From the NCBI GenBank assembly GCA_028534125.1, contig CM052817.1, positions 7,814,001-7,878,000 on the forward strand: a DNA stretch of 64,000 nt, read 5' to 3'. The notes beneath the pieces were generated by a model. The model was given only the letters and a program-made list of their open reading frames with translations, did not search any database and was not told where the DNA came from. Numbering within the stretch: position 1 is the first letter of the stretch; the number at the start of each line of letters is the position of its first letter. The position numbers were made by a program, and so were the translations under genes. Positions 12,266-24,640 of the stretch are shown here, piece after piece. Origin of the DNA: Lama glama. Its lineage: Eukaryota.

Positions 12266-13309
12266 TATGGGGAGAATCCACAGAACTTCACAGAAAGAAC
12301 TGACCTGACCCTTCCGCCCTTTCATGAAACACCAGAGATGGAGCGCACCTCTGCAATTATCATACCAGCATTTCTCAAAGTGCACTCCTTGCTTCACCAG
12401 CTCCACAAGACTCTATGTGATAAAAAAATGCCATGAACAGAGAAGTTTGGGAACTGCTCTCTCCACAAGAAAGAAATGTCCTGAGAGCTCCCCAAGTGTA
12501 GCCCTGGCTTTCCATACTTCTCCTCTGGAGCCGGCTAAGTGTGGGGAGCCAATGGCGCCTGCTGTCGCCAGGGCTGTCCCACCCTGCTGCAGGTGCAGAC
12601 CAGCTCTGCCTACTGCGGTGGAAGTGTGGAAATGTCTGGCTTGTCCTGGGCACAGGCCTCTTTGACCATCACACTAAACTATCCCCTCAACTTTTAACAG
12701 TAATTAGGGTGATGTTCTGGCCCTTCTATGTCATATTCCTGAATTTTTTAGTTCTCTCATTTGTTCAGAACCAAAATGGGGATGAAAAATGCTATTTATT
12801 TATGGTACCCATAAGCTCTGAGAGAGAAAAATACCTCAAGTCCTCTGCTGTCAATTACTTTTCCTTCAAGCCCATCGACCTTCCAAGTGTACCAAAAATA
12901 TCCTCAGGCCTTCAGAGTAATTATATTTATGATCATTCATTTTTTCATTAGTCTAGAGCAAATATTGTGGGAACTCGAGAAAGATGATGTTCCAAAGTCA
13001 ACCTCAGGTTTGGAATTGCAAGAAAGAACCACAGATGAAGATGGAATTGGAATCAACTGAACCCTGGATACTCTCTCTAATGAGAGCTCTGTACTGGAAC
13101 CACATATTATCCTGTCTCAATATACAGCCTTAAGAACTTAGGTGGGCTGGACTCAAAATCTTACCTAGGAGACTTGAGCCACAGAGGCAAGGAACGCTGC
13201 AGGACCCAAGAAGGGAAACCAAAATTCAACAGAGACATCGACAACACTGCAGAATGTTTGAGCATTCATTTCTAATTCAGACATAATGTCAAATAGCAAA
13301 AATGTCCTG

Positions 13310-13720
13310 ACTTCATTCATTGGCTCAACAAATATTTACTGGGTGCCTGTTATAAGCCAAGTACTCACTGCTGGAGACATCAGAGATGTAGCAGCAAGCT
13401 AAAGACCAAAATCATCCCTGTCTTCATGAAGCTTATAATCTAATGGGAAGAGATGGACAATAAAAATTAAATAAGCAAGGTACACAGAATGTTAGGAAGT
13501 TGATGTGCTATGAGAAAAATAAAGTGAAGGGAGATAGCAAATACAGGGGCATTACATTGGGAGGAGACCGCACTTTTAAATAGATGATTAGGGAAAACAT
13601 GACATTTGAGAACATACGTGAAGGAGATGCAGATAAGAATTAGAAAGCATTCTCGGCAAAGGAGCAAGAAAATAAAGATATCATGAGAAGGCGTATTTTG
13701 GCATGTTTGGTAAATAGAAA
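13310..13720 (-). mobile_element. L2 LINE 3' region
   Basis: 'caacaaatatttactgggtgcctgttataagccaagtact...catccctgtcttcatgaagcttataatctaatggg'. Confidence 0.85.
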
Positions 13721-13721
13721 G

Positions 13722-14053
13722 GGGGCTGGCTGCCACGATGAAGTGCCACAGACCACGTGCCCTAAACAATAGAAATTTATTTTCTCAGCTCTGGAGGCTG
13801 GAAGTCCAAGATCAAGGCGCAGGCAGCTTTGGCTCCTGGTGAGAGTTTTCTCCCTGGCTTGCAGACAACCCGTCTCACTATGTCCACACGTGGCAAGTTC
13901 CCTGATGTCTCTTCTTATTTTGGCAACTGATCTCATCACGACCTCATCTAAACCTGATTACCTCCCGAAGACCCCATCTCCAAATACCATCATGTTGAGG
14001 GGTTAGGGAGCCAACACATGAATTTTGGGGAACACAATTATTAATCCATAGCA
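13722..14053 (-). mobile_element. MaLR solo LTR (MLT1A-like) inserted in L2
   Basis: 'tctggaggctggaagtccaagatcaagg...ccccatctccaaataccatca...aatccatagca'. Confidence 0.9.
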
Positions 14054-14440
14054 AGAGACTAGGACATCTGGTGCTGGAGAGGCCAGTCAGTCATTACAAC
14101 TAGACTGTGAGCTCCTGCGCTTTTGCCTGTTTCATTCCTGGCTGTTGCATCAGTATGAAACAGGGACCTCCTCCACCCACAGCCCTACAGCTCAATAAGA
14201 AGTTCATTGGTTGGATTATCCAAGACCTGAACACTTCCCTGTAGGGAAATCTGTGTCTTGCTCTAAGTATGAGCGTGAACATGTCTCGCTGAGATCAGTA
14301 CCCTTCCTGGACACAGTACACACTTCCCAAAAGTTAGCATACATGCTTCCACTTACATTTCCATTTTTTCCCCTCTGTTTCACCTTCTTTTATGGTTTCC
14401 AATGGGTTTTGAGGAAAAGAACAGAAATAGAAATGCTCTC

Positions 14441-14632
14441 TTTTTTTTTTACATTTTTTTATTGATTCATAATCATTTTACAGTGTTGTGTCAAATTCCA
14501 GTGTTCAGCACAATTTTTCAGTCATTCATGGACATATACACACTCATTGTCACATTTTTTTCTCTGTGATTTATCATAACATTTTGTGTATATTTCCCTG
14601 TGCTATACAGTGTAATCTTGTTTATCTATTCT
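14441..14632 (-). mobile_element. Young lineage L1 3' end, heavily 5'-truncated
   Basis: Poly-T then 'tttattgattcataatcattttacagtgttgtgtcaaattccagtgttcagcac...ttccctgtgctatacag'. Confidence 0.85.
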
Positions 14633-14748
14633 ATTATATTTAACAGGCAGCCACACCTCTGTTTTAAAAGTGTGTAAATGAATTATCTTTATGACCCTGA
14701 ATAAGAAAATCGATAATTTCTGAAAACATTGCCAATTATGATATAATA

Positions 14749-14934
14749 GAGTGAATTTTCAAACTCTGTTGTCTAGGATCACCTGGAAGGTTTGTGAAAA
14801 AGCAGGTATCAGGGCCCACCCCCAGGGTTTCTGACTCAGTGGGTCTGGGATGGGGCCTGAGAACTTTAATTTCTAACATATGCTCAGCTGATGCTGATGC
14901 TGGGGGTCCGGGGACCACACTTTGAAAAGCACTG
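14749..14934. mobile_element. MER5A hAT-Charlie MITE, near full length
   Basis: 'tttctgactcagtgggtctgggatggggcctgagaactttaatttctaac...ggggaccacactttgaaaagcactg'. Confidence 0.9.
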
Positions 14935-17239
14935 TGATAACGAAATGTTTTCATTTTAGTTATGTCTAGAGCCCTCTAAGGATTGAAAATGAGGGCTATA
15001 CATGATAAAACATTCTAAGAATTCATCAAATCTTCTAGATACGATAGCAGACCTGCTATAACCAAAATGAACATCCAGAGTATTTCAGAGAGGCCAACGT
15101 CATGGAAAGAGTCCCCATCCTCTCCCGACTGCCTCAGGACCTGCATCCAGCCTTTGTAACCTAGAACAAGTCATGCCTCTAGTTTGTGTGCCTGTAGAAT
15201 GATGCGTTTGGACCATGTGGCCTCATTATAACTATATGTATAGATGTGAATTTTCACATGCTCTTTCAGACCTCTCTATCTCTCATGAAATAAAAGATTT
15301 TTTAAACTGAAATATAGTTGGTTTATAATGTTGTGCTAGTTTTAAATATAAGGTTAAAAACAAAGAAGCATTTATGCTACAAGCGATAGCCAACTAATGA
15401 ACATGAGATAAGGATCATGTCGGGAAACTTGAAACCTTTAAGCTAGTGCTGAGTTTTTGGTGCTGCTCCCCCAGAGCTCTTCCACTTCCTGTCTCTCCAT
15501 ATAGATGGACACCAGAGGAAACTTTGTAAAAGTAAAAGCAGGAGGGGGGTGTCTGGGCTCTGCGCTACCATTCTTTGCTAGCTCCTGCTAGCCTCTGGCT
15601 TAAGGGGAGTTCATACTTCCTGGTTCAAGGTTATTTTAAATTCTAACCCCTGGCCTCTGCCCTCGGAGCTTCTGCAGAGGAAGCACCTGCTGTTCCTCTA
15701 GAGTGACTGCCTTGGGAAGCTCCGCCATCTTCCCCTGGTGGCAGGCTCTCCATCTCTGTTCTTGCCCACATGGTGGACCCTCGACCACCACTCCCTTGTC
15801 CATCTGGCTGGGTTATTTGGGCTCATCCATTCTGCAGTCTCTCTACAGAGCCCCGTGCCCATTACTCCATGAATCCTCTAGTCTCTCTCACTTCTCCCTA
15901 CCTTCCTCATCCCACAAAGGGTCACCTTGGACCTTCTAGAGACTTCCCATGTCACCTGCAGTGGGACGGGCCACTGTAGATCCCCTCTCCACCCTCGGCC
16001 AAACCCCAATGTTGCTTGACTGCTATCACCTTTGTGTCTGTTGGACACTTAAATGTTCTCTTTCCAGAATTTCAAATGGAAATTGAAGCAAGCCCTCTCC
16101 CTTTCAGCTTCTCCCTCAGCCTACCAGTGATACGCCCAGTGCATTCCCCACCAGGGAGTGCAGACTCGGGTCCACATTCAGCAAGCCCTAGGCAGCATCT
16201 TCATCCTCACTTCCTGACTCTCCTCCCCCCATCAGCAGAGTTTTCTTCCTTTCCACTGACACGAACTCACATATTCTTCCTTGTCTTCTCTACATGATGG
16301 CTAAGGGCCAATACAGCTCACATACTCAGCCTTGCTTTTTACATGTAAATGGAAGTTTGGGGAATTTCAAGTAAAGAAAACAAAATCTCTCTCCATGAAA
16401 AGGAGGCTGTCAAGACTATTATCTCTCTATGCACTTTTTAAAAACTCTAGTATGAAACTCAAAAATTGAGCAATGAATCCTTTGTTCTAGTCGGTAGCCA
16501 CAATCTCCCCAAAGCAATGAATGGCATTGATTCATTGAGTGGAGGGAACTGCTAGGCAACATAGTTTATGGGGAAGGAAAAACACCTTGTTTTAATATTT
16601 TTTGAAAATATTATCCCTGCTACAGGCATAGGAAAGTATACCTGAAAAGGGGAACAGCAAAATCCCAGTGAGGCAGCAATAGAAAATTTTAACAGTGGCT
16701 AATGCCAGTGGGGAGGCCACAGAAGATAAAGAAAACATAAAATCAGGAGGAGGTGAATGCAATGGATGAAAACGCTGAAAAGTGGAATTCAGAATGGAAT
16801 TTGTCCTCCTCTTGCCAAAAACAAACAAACAAGAAAAACACTCAGAAACTAAAAATCCCAGAAAAACAGTCTCCAATACAGTGTTGAGGGAACATCTGAT
16901 ATTTTGTGGAAGCAATAGTGTAGAAGGTACTATGAGTATGAAAAGCGTTTCCCCAAGGAACCAGGGCCCTGCGGTACTTGAGCAACGAGTAGTTATAGAG
17001 AATCAGCAATTAAGAACCTCCAGAATCAAACAGAAGCTTAGCAAAATGGAGACCTCTCATTTGACTATGTGCCTATGAATATCTGCACCCACGCAACAGG
17101 AAAAGAAGCTGACGGCACGTCATCGTCCTATCTGGTCTATACGTTCCACGTTAATTCTGCGTTTGCTCAGCTGATGCTTAACCATTTAACATGAGCGCTT
17201 TCCAGCGTCTCTGGTGCATAGTAGGCCTTCTCAGGAGAG

Positions 17240-17630
17240 CCAGCAGAGACATGTCTCACAGCTCTACAGACACCCCCATGGACATGGGAATCGCACAGTG
17301 TATTTGGAAGCAGGATGTTTTTCTTGTCCATCTTTGGATCCCTCGTGCCCAGCTTGGTGCTAATCAAACAGCAGGTATTCAGTAAATGCTCCAGGAAGAA
17401 ATCGCATCACTTGGAAGACTGCATAATGAATAGCCTGTCGCATGTTCAAGGGGTAAATCCACAGAATTTGAGCATTTAAAGAAATGTTAGGATTCGTCTA
17501 GGGAATCGAGCTACCTCATTTTGGAGACAAGAAAACTGAGATCCAGAGCAACTAGGAGACTTGCTCCAGGTCTCCCAGGACAGCAGTTCCAGAATCAGGA
17601 CTGGAACCCAAGTCTTTGACTCTTATTTTT
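17240..17630. mobile_element. L2 tail (+, ~17240-17400) followed by MIR (-, ~17500-17630)
   Basis: 'gtgcccagcttggtgc...aggtattcagtaaatgc'; 'gaaaactgagatccagag...ggactggaacccaagtctttgactc'. Confidence 0.7.
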
Positions 17631-17647
17631 ATACTTTTTGTCCTGAC

Positions 17648-18195
17648 TGTGTTAAAATATAGGTTTTATTATGATGAAGGTATGGCAAGACCAAAAGATA
17701 CGGAAACAACTGCCTTGCCAAAGGCAGATTTATCATCATAGATCTGAGGAGGAGGAGCGGCCGCGGCACGGGAGGCCCCGGGGAAGGAGGCCCCGGGGCT
17801 GGCGAGGAGCAGAGGCAGAGAAGCTCAGGGAAGAGCCGTTACTGTGGCTTCCACAGGGGAGAACAGGTGAGGCAGAGTCAGCAGGCTTAGGGCTGGCTGG
17901 TCTGAATAATTTCTGTGAGCCTAGGGTAGCCTGCTGCCCCTAGTTGTCTGGTACCTGACTCTGGAGTCATGGGGCAGATGGATAGTGGCCCCGAGTGTGA
18001 AAGCCCATAGAGGAGATGGCTGGGGGCATGGGCTCTGCATTGGTTGGTCTGCATATGAAAGGTGCCCCCCCCCACCGCCATGCATTGTCCTCTATCTCTA
18101 GGAATTCCTAACCTGGGAGGAGCAGTCCCTCCGGGTCAGCAAGGCCCCAGTGTCAAAGCATCAAAATACAAAAATAAAAGGATGTATTTAATATA
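17648..18195 (-). mobile_element. ERVL-class solo LTR (MER74/MER73/MER54 group)
   Basis: 'ctaggaattcctaacctgggaggagcagtccctccgggtcagcaaggccccagtgtcaaagcatcaaaataca' is the reverse complement of the group's 5' end. Confidence 0.8.
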
Positions 18196-19116
18196 CTCAC
18201 CACAACGAGGTCATAAGTCTTCCCTGCATTAAAAACATAGCTTGGACTTGGTGGCTTTACCTACCATCTCTTCAACGCTGTGCAATAAAGTAATTAGAAA
18301 AAAGGGGCTTCCACATGAAGTTCTTAAGGCTCGAGGCTATGAAAAATGGATTTTGGATCATAATTTAGACAATCTTTTCTGATTATTTATCTAAAACTAA
18401 AAGCAGGAAATGATTCATTTGATTTCTGCCAATCCTGGAGTGTTGCCACTTTCGGCTCAGGAAGAGTCGGCTTCCCTTGGCAGTCCTCACTTGTAGGATG
18501 ATGAATGAAGTTCTATGTTTGGTGCTAGCTAAAATTTTATAGGGTCTAAAAAAGCAATTTATACATGCTTCAGGAGGTGGCTATATTTTTTTCTTTTTTA
18601 GATAGCTCTTAGTCACAGCAGGGCACTCAATATCCATATATCACATCGAGAGGTCATTTTACAGGAGGAATGAAACTTTGTTCGTTGATAAACATGTTCT
18701 CAGCTTCCGCAAGCCTTATGTATGCTCAGAATCCAGCAAATAGGTATTAGCTCAATTCTGAATTTTCCCAGTTATTTTCACACCTCAGGAACCCATGACC
18801 CTCCATGGGAGATGGTAAGAAAAGAGACATAGTCAGCCTAACAAAACATTTGCTTGGTTCCAAGAGCCAATGTTGTCATTTGCAAACAAGGGAGGTCAAT
18901 TCTCTTTTCTTGGAAGTCTCAGGCATGGGTTGAATGATCTTGCATGCTGCCAATAAGTCATCTAAGTTGTCAAGGGTCAATGCTAACTCAAAGAACAGTG
19001 GCCATGGGCCAAACCAACCACTTACTGTAAGTGATGCACATTCTGAACATTTGCAATCCACCAAGCCTCCCCCGTACTACATTTTTGTTGACAGTTTTGG
19101 GGTTATTTTTTAACTC

Positions 19117-19210
19117 TGTCTCCATCTCTGTCTGTCTCCATCTCAGTCTGTCTCTGTCTCTCTGTCTGTCTGTCTCTCTGTCTCTCTCTCTATATATATA
19201 TATATATATA
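19117..19210. repeat. Compound (TCTG)n(TC)n(TA)n microsatellite
   Basis: Directly visible. Confidence 0.95.
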
Positions 19211-19582
19211 CTGGTTTGAAATATCTGAGCAGTGGTCTTGCTTACTCAATCATGCTTCAAGATACTCTCTAGATTATCTTCCTGGTTTCTGTCATGACAA
19301 TGGTTTTATTACCCCTTTTCCCTTTGCTGCTCTGAATGCCTGTCACTGCGAAGCGCTGCAGGAGCAGTCGTGGAGATGGGCTGCGGAGGACAAGCTCTGC
19401 CACACGTTGGCTGAGGGGCCTCAGGCAAGTTACTTCACCCATTACAGTCTTTATCTGTAACATTAGGAACATAATATTTATTCTTTTTTGAAGGACTGTG
19501 TAATAAAGTGAGAAAAGCCTTATGACTACTTTTATTAAAAAATATAATCTCCAAAATATGTACATAGAGAAGTACTTGAATT

Positions 19583-20032
19583 TGTGGAAGGGCTGCTAAA
19601 AGTTCACCAAAAGCATGTCCTTTTCTTCTGTGCTCTCAACATACCACACTGCTTAGTCTGTCCTGGAGTTAGTCGTGACCATATTACTAATTTATTACTT
19701 AACACAATACCAACCTTTAACCAAGTTAGACAATGGACTACAAGAGAAAGTGCCAAGGCTATTTCCAGGTCTTCCTATAAAAAGTCCCCTTCTAGATCCT
19801 CCAGTCCTTTTTCCCCAAAGCCAACCCTCTTGGAAGCCCTGGATCAAAGATGGCGGAGCCACAGGATGGCAGGATCCTGGGTATCTGAATCATCACTGGG
19901 AGGAGAGACATCCTCCAATCAGAAATACCCATTTGAACTTTACATGAGGGAGAAATAAAATTTTATTGTGCTAACCTATTGATATTTGGAGGTCGCTTTA
20001 TTACTGCACACAGCAATATATTAACAAATACA
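19583..20032 (+). mobile_element. MaLR solo LTR (MLT1J-like)
   Basis: 'agatggcggagccacaggatggcaggatcctgggtatctgaatcatcact...gagaaataaaattttattgtgctaacc...aataca'. Confidence 0.8.
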
Positions 20033-20058
20033 CAATCATTTAAAAATGCATGTATATA

Positions 20059-20617
20059 GCAGCACTATTTGCAATAGCCAAGACATGGGAACAACCTAAA
20101 TGTCCACCAACAGATGACTGGATAAAGAAGTTGTGATATATTTATACAATGGACTACTATTTGGCCATAAAAAATGATAAAATAATGCCACTTGCAGCAA
20201 CATGAATGGCCCTAGAGAATGTCATTCTAAGTGAAGTAAGTCAGAAAGAGAAAGAAAAATACCATATGATACCACTCATATGTGGAATCTAAAAAAAAAA
20301 AAGACAAATGAACCTATGTTTAAAACAGAAACTGATTCACAGACATAGAATACACTTGTGGCTGCCAGTGAGGAGGGGTTTGGGAAGGGATAAACTAGGA
20401 GTTTGAGATTTGCAGGTTCTGACTGGTATGTGCAAAATAGATAAATAAGTTTATGCTATATAGCACAGGGAAATATATTCAATGCCTTGTAGTAGCTCAT
20501 GGTGAAAAAGAATAAGAAAATGAATATATGTATATTCATGTATGACTGAGGAATTATGCTGTACACCAGAAATGGACACAACATTGTACACTGACTATAC
20601 CTCAATAAAAAAAGAAA
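20059..20617 (+). mobile_element. Cetartiodactyl-type L1 3' end (ORF2 C-terminal remnant, 3' UTR, A tail) with TSD
   Basis: 'gcagcactatttgcaatagccaagacatgg...aatgtcattctaagtgaagtaagtcag'; CATGTATATA at 20049-20058 and 20618-20627. Confidence 0.92.
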
Positions 20618-20879
20618 CATGTATATATGAAAAATATTTTAAAATAGAGCCAGAAGGGTAAGTTATCAGTGTGTCTGGGTGGGGGGATTGTGAGTGTATT
20701 TTCATTTCCTTAATTCTCTCCTTATTCTGGATTTTTCAAATCTTCTCTAAGGAATGTATATTAGTTTTATAATTTCAAAAACTACTTAAAGGAGGAAAAA
20801 CTTTTTTAAAAGTGGGATGCCTTATGGATAAAAGAAAATCTGGCCCTCACCTGGGAAGGTATGTTCTCACTTCACATTT

Positions 20880-21312
20880 AATGAACAAATGCAGTTTGTA
20901 CCTCTACCTGATGCCAAGCACTGTTGCTGACTGCTGAGATATTAAGATGAAAAAAATATCACCCCAATGAACCTCAAAGAATTCACAGCACATCAAGAAT
21001 CATAACATACAGTGATAAAACCAGGTACTCTGGGGACACACGGGAAAGTGACTGAACCCGAACCAATGCAACTTAGATAAGACTTCCTGGAGGGAGGACC
21101 ACCTGTAAGCAGGGCAAGGTAGGAATAAAGCATAAAAAGAGGCACAGGGCTGAGAAAAATCATGATGTGTGCTGAGCAGTCAGCTATAGCCCTGGCCTAA
21201 GGTTCGAACCAAACGTTTAGACACATGAGTGTAACTTGTTTTTGTTTCTGCAGTGCTTAATACAATGCCTGGTATACAGTGAGTGCACAGTAAATATTTG
21301 TCAAATAAATAA
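20880..21312. mobile_element. L2 fragments in both orientations
   Basis: 'gatgccaagcactgttgctg' (-) and 'caatgcctggtatacagtgagtgcacagtaaatatttgtcaaataaat' (+). Confidence 0.7.
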
Positions 21313-22858
21313 TTAAAAATGGACATTTCTGCCAAGTGGTTATCCAGGCTCTTGCTTACACATCCCTTATAATAATGGGCATCTTGTGAGGCATTCCACT
21401 CTGTCTCTAAGCAGCTCTGGCCACTGAAAAGTCTTCCTTGTATTAAGCCAACCAAAAACCCAGTCGTACTAGAGAGCATATTTACATAAGGCAGCAGGGT
21501 CAGCAGCAGAGAGATGGTCTGAAAAGGTGAGGACTAAAGGGATCAGACTTGGGGAGAAGAGTGTAGAACAAGAGGCCATCCTTCCACTATGTCCTTTTAA
21601 AAATGACTGATAATGTGGCTTTGCACATGCGGGTGCCTAGGCTACTGAACTTGTGTGTGTGCAGGCACCCCCGTGCATGTCACACGCTCTGCAAACACCA
21701 CGTGTCCTTGGCCTCATTTGTTCCTTATCACCGCTCACTGAGTTCTGCTCAATTTAGAGAAAAAAAATCTCTGTTCTACATATAAGGAAACCGAGATAAA
21801 GACCAAGATGACTCAGTAAGTGATACAAGCCAGGACTGCAGCTAGGTTTTCCCACCCTCTTCCATGTACCACCAGAGAGCCTCTCCCCCACGGAGCATCT
21901 CAGATTATTGCTCTTTGGGAAACTCTGAACAGACGTGGCTGCACCACACAGGCTCTGCCCAATGGGGAGCCGAAATGAGCCAGCTGCGGGCTTCGTGGCT
22001 AATGAAGCTCGTCTTCTTCTGTCCTGCTATTCAACATGGCGGTTCAGTGCCGTAACTCAAGTTTGAGTCATGGTAGAATTCAGGCACTACAGCCAGGCCG
22101 CCAGGAGAGGTAATCTGGGAAAGGAGGGTTGTGAAAGGGATCTGGGTGCAAAAGGCCAGTTGCTCAGAGCTTAGAAAATGCTCTTATTACAACAGCCACG
22201 AGGCAGGGCTTACTCGTGGCAAGGTCAGGAAGGCCAGCTTGATGTGGGCTCTCAAAGCATCTCGTATTTGACTGTTCAAGGGCCTGACACTTCCAAGGAC
22301 AAGAACCAGGACTGGCTGGTCAAGTGGCTCAAGCTGTGAGAGCAGGAGGCCGTGGGGGCAGGGAGTCAGTGGGCTCTGGCCCTTGCGCGCCCTAACCTCC
22401 TGGAACCTGAATCCCTCTGCTGCCCTCCCCTGCTGCTCCTCCAGTGTGCCCTTCCACATGGCATAAATTCTTACCCCCCATTTCACAGTCCAGCAGTACC
22501 AGCTGGCTGAGAAAACATGTCAAGAGTAAAGAAACATGGGGTTACCAAGATGTTCTTGAAGAAGCAAAGCCTCAGTGTGTGCCCCAAGCCCTAATCAATC
22601 CACACCTTTTACGCCAAGAGGTACTGCAAATGCACAACCCAGCAACCTCAAAACAATGAAAGGGGATCATATTTACAATCATGATAAACTGCCACACTTG
22701 CAAAGGATGCCTGCTTCTATATTGACTATTAATATGGTCTTTACTACGTGAGGTAAGCCGAACAAGTGCTATTACAGCCATTATGGAGATGAATAAACTG
22801 AAGCTGGAGAAATTAAATGGCATGCATTTTTTATCAATATTACACTACTTTTACAATA

Positions 22859-23250
22859 TGTTGTGGCTTGATTGTGTCCTCCCAAAAAGGTATGTTGGAG
22901 TCCTCACCCCCAGGATCTCAGAATGTAAACTTATTGGGAAATAGGGCCACTACAGACGTGACCAGTTAAAGAAGGTGGAATTCTGAAGAGGGGTGGGTCT
23001 CTAATCCAACACGACTGGGATCCCAATAAAAAGACAGCCGTGTGGAGAAACAGGGACACACGGAGAGGACGGCCACGTGAAGGCAGAGGCAGAGGCTGCA
23101 GTGATGCCGTCATAGCCGATGAACGCCTGGGGCGGCCCAAAGCTGGAAGAAGAAAAGTATGACCTGACGCTGGGGGAGTCAGAGGGTGCATGGCCCTGCC
23201 GACATCTTCATTTCAAACTTCTGGCCTCCAGAACTCAGAGGGAATAAACT
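22859..23250 (+). mobile_element. MaLR LTR (MLT1C-like), 3'-truncated
   Basis: 'tgttgtggcttgattgtgtcctcccaaaaaggtatgttggagtcc...ctggcctccagaact'. Confidence 0.9.
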
Positions 23251-23603
23251 GGGAAGGGAGAGTCAGAAGAGAGATGGCCGTGGATACCAAGACGAGGCGT
23301 TCCCAACATTGTCAAATAGCATCTCTTTAGTCAGAGAAGGTGAAACACTGAAAATCCGACCTTTGCAGTCACTGTGTAGTTAGGAGTTCGATGACCACCT
23401 TTGCAAGGGGAGTTTTCAGAGTGGGAAAACAGTTTGCCTCACTGGAAGCGACTAAGGGTGAGCGAGACATGAAGCAGCAGAGAGAGACACTGTAAATGTT
23501 GGCTCTTTTTTCAAGTCTGCCTTCTTGAAGAGACAGATTGGTCAGAAGGTCAGAAGGAAGATGGGGAGAAAAGGTGAGGAGGTATCTAAAACATGGGTGG
23601 AAT

Positions 23604-23900
23604 TTCTATGTCTGTGAATCTGTTTTTGTCTTGTAAATGGACATAGAAAACAAACTTATGGTTACCAGGGGGGAAGTGGGGGGCGATCAATTAGGAGTCT
23701 GGGATTTGCAGATACTTACTACTAAATATAAAATAGATAAACAACAAGATCTTACTATTTAGCACAGGGAACTATAGTCAATATCTCGTAATAACCTATA
23801 ATGATAAAGAATAGGAAAAAGAATCTATATATGTATAACTGAATCACTATGCTGTACACCAGAAACTAACAACACTGTACATCGCCTATACTTCAATAGG
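23604..23900 (+). mobile_element. Short L1 3' end with a 35-bp inverted 5' segment and 16-bp TSD
   Basis: 23604-23638 is reverse-complement L1; 23639-23900 is forward 3' UTR; flanks aaaacatgggtggaat / aaaaaataggtggaat. Confidence 0.88.
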
Positions 23901-24047
23901 AAAAAATAGGTGGAATCTGAACATATAGTCTAAGGGGAAGACTCAGTGGGAAGAGATGGAGTGAGATTCAGGGGGAGAGAGCATCCTGGGCACGGTACCG
24001 TCTAGGGGAGCAAGCGAGAGGGTGATCTCCAGGAAAGCCATCAGGTC

Positions 24048-24640
24048 GGGGCTGACTGTGAGCACATGGCCTGTGCAGGTCAGAAGGGCCCGCAGTTTGC
24101 TGTCTTCAAATTTTTTTTTTTTTGGTCTTTAAATTTTTAACAATTTTATCTGTGATCGTCTGTTTTTCACATGGAGCATGTGCTGGGGACATGGAGCCTG
24201 GGCAAACAGGCGCTACCACATCCCAGGGACAGAGGCCGAGCTGCCCACTGAGCTCCTGAGGGCCTCCCGGCCTGCCTGCCCACCTTTCGATCACTTCCAC
24301 CTCTGCCTGAGGCAGGGACCGGGTTGTGTGGGTAGGGGAAGGCCCTTTTTGCCGTCACCCTCTGGTCCCAGTAGGGTCTTGCCCTAACGGCATCTTGGGG
24401 CAGGGCAAGGTAGTGGCAGCTCTGACACAGGCTGGCAGGAGCAGAGCTTTCTCAGAGGACAATGCAGTGAAGGACTCTCACCCACCCCTGACCCAGATGC
24501 TGAGTGCGTTCCATCACGGAGGTTACAATCACAGTGGGGTCACCTGTCCACTGTGGACTGAGGCACCAGAGGAGACAGAAAATCCCCTGCCTAGAATTTT
24601 CACTTTGCCCTAAGCCGGGCAAAGTCTGCCGCCAGCCTAA
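24048..24640. mobile_element. Old hAT (MER53/MER97/ORSL-like) non-autonomous element
   Basis: Left end 'ggcctgtgcaggtcagaagggccc...gtcttcaaatt'; right end 'attttcactttgccctaagccgggcaaagtctgccgccagccta'. Confidence 0.5.

Noticed and set aside
17750..17830. CpG-island promoter (NotI site, GC-rich)
   Set aside because: Under 100 bp and lies inside a MER74-group LTR.
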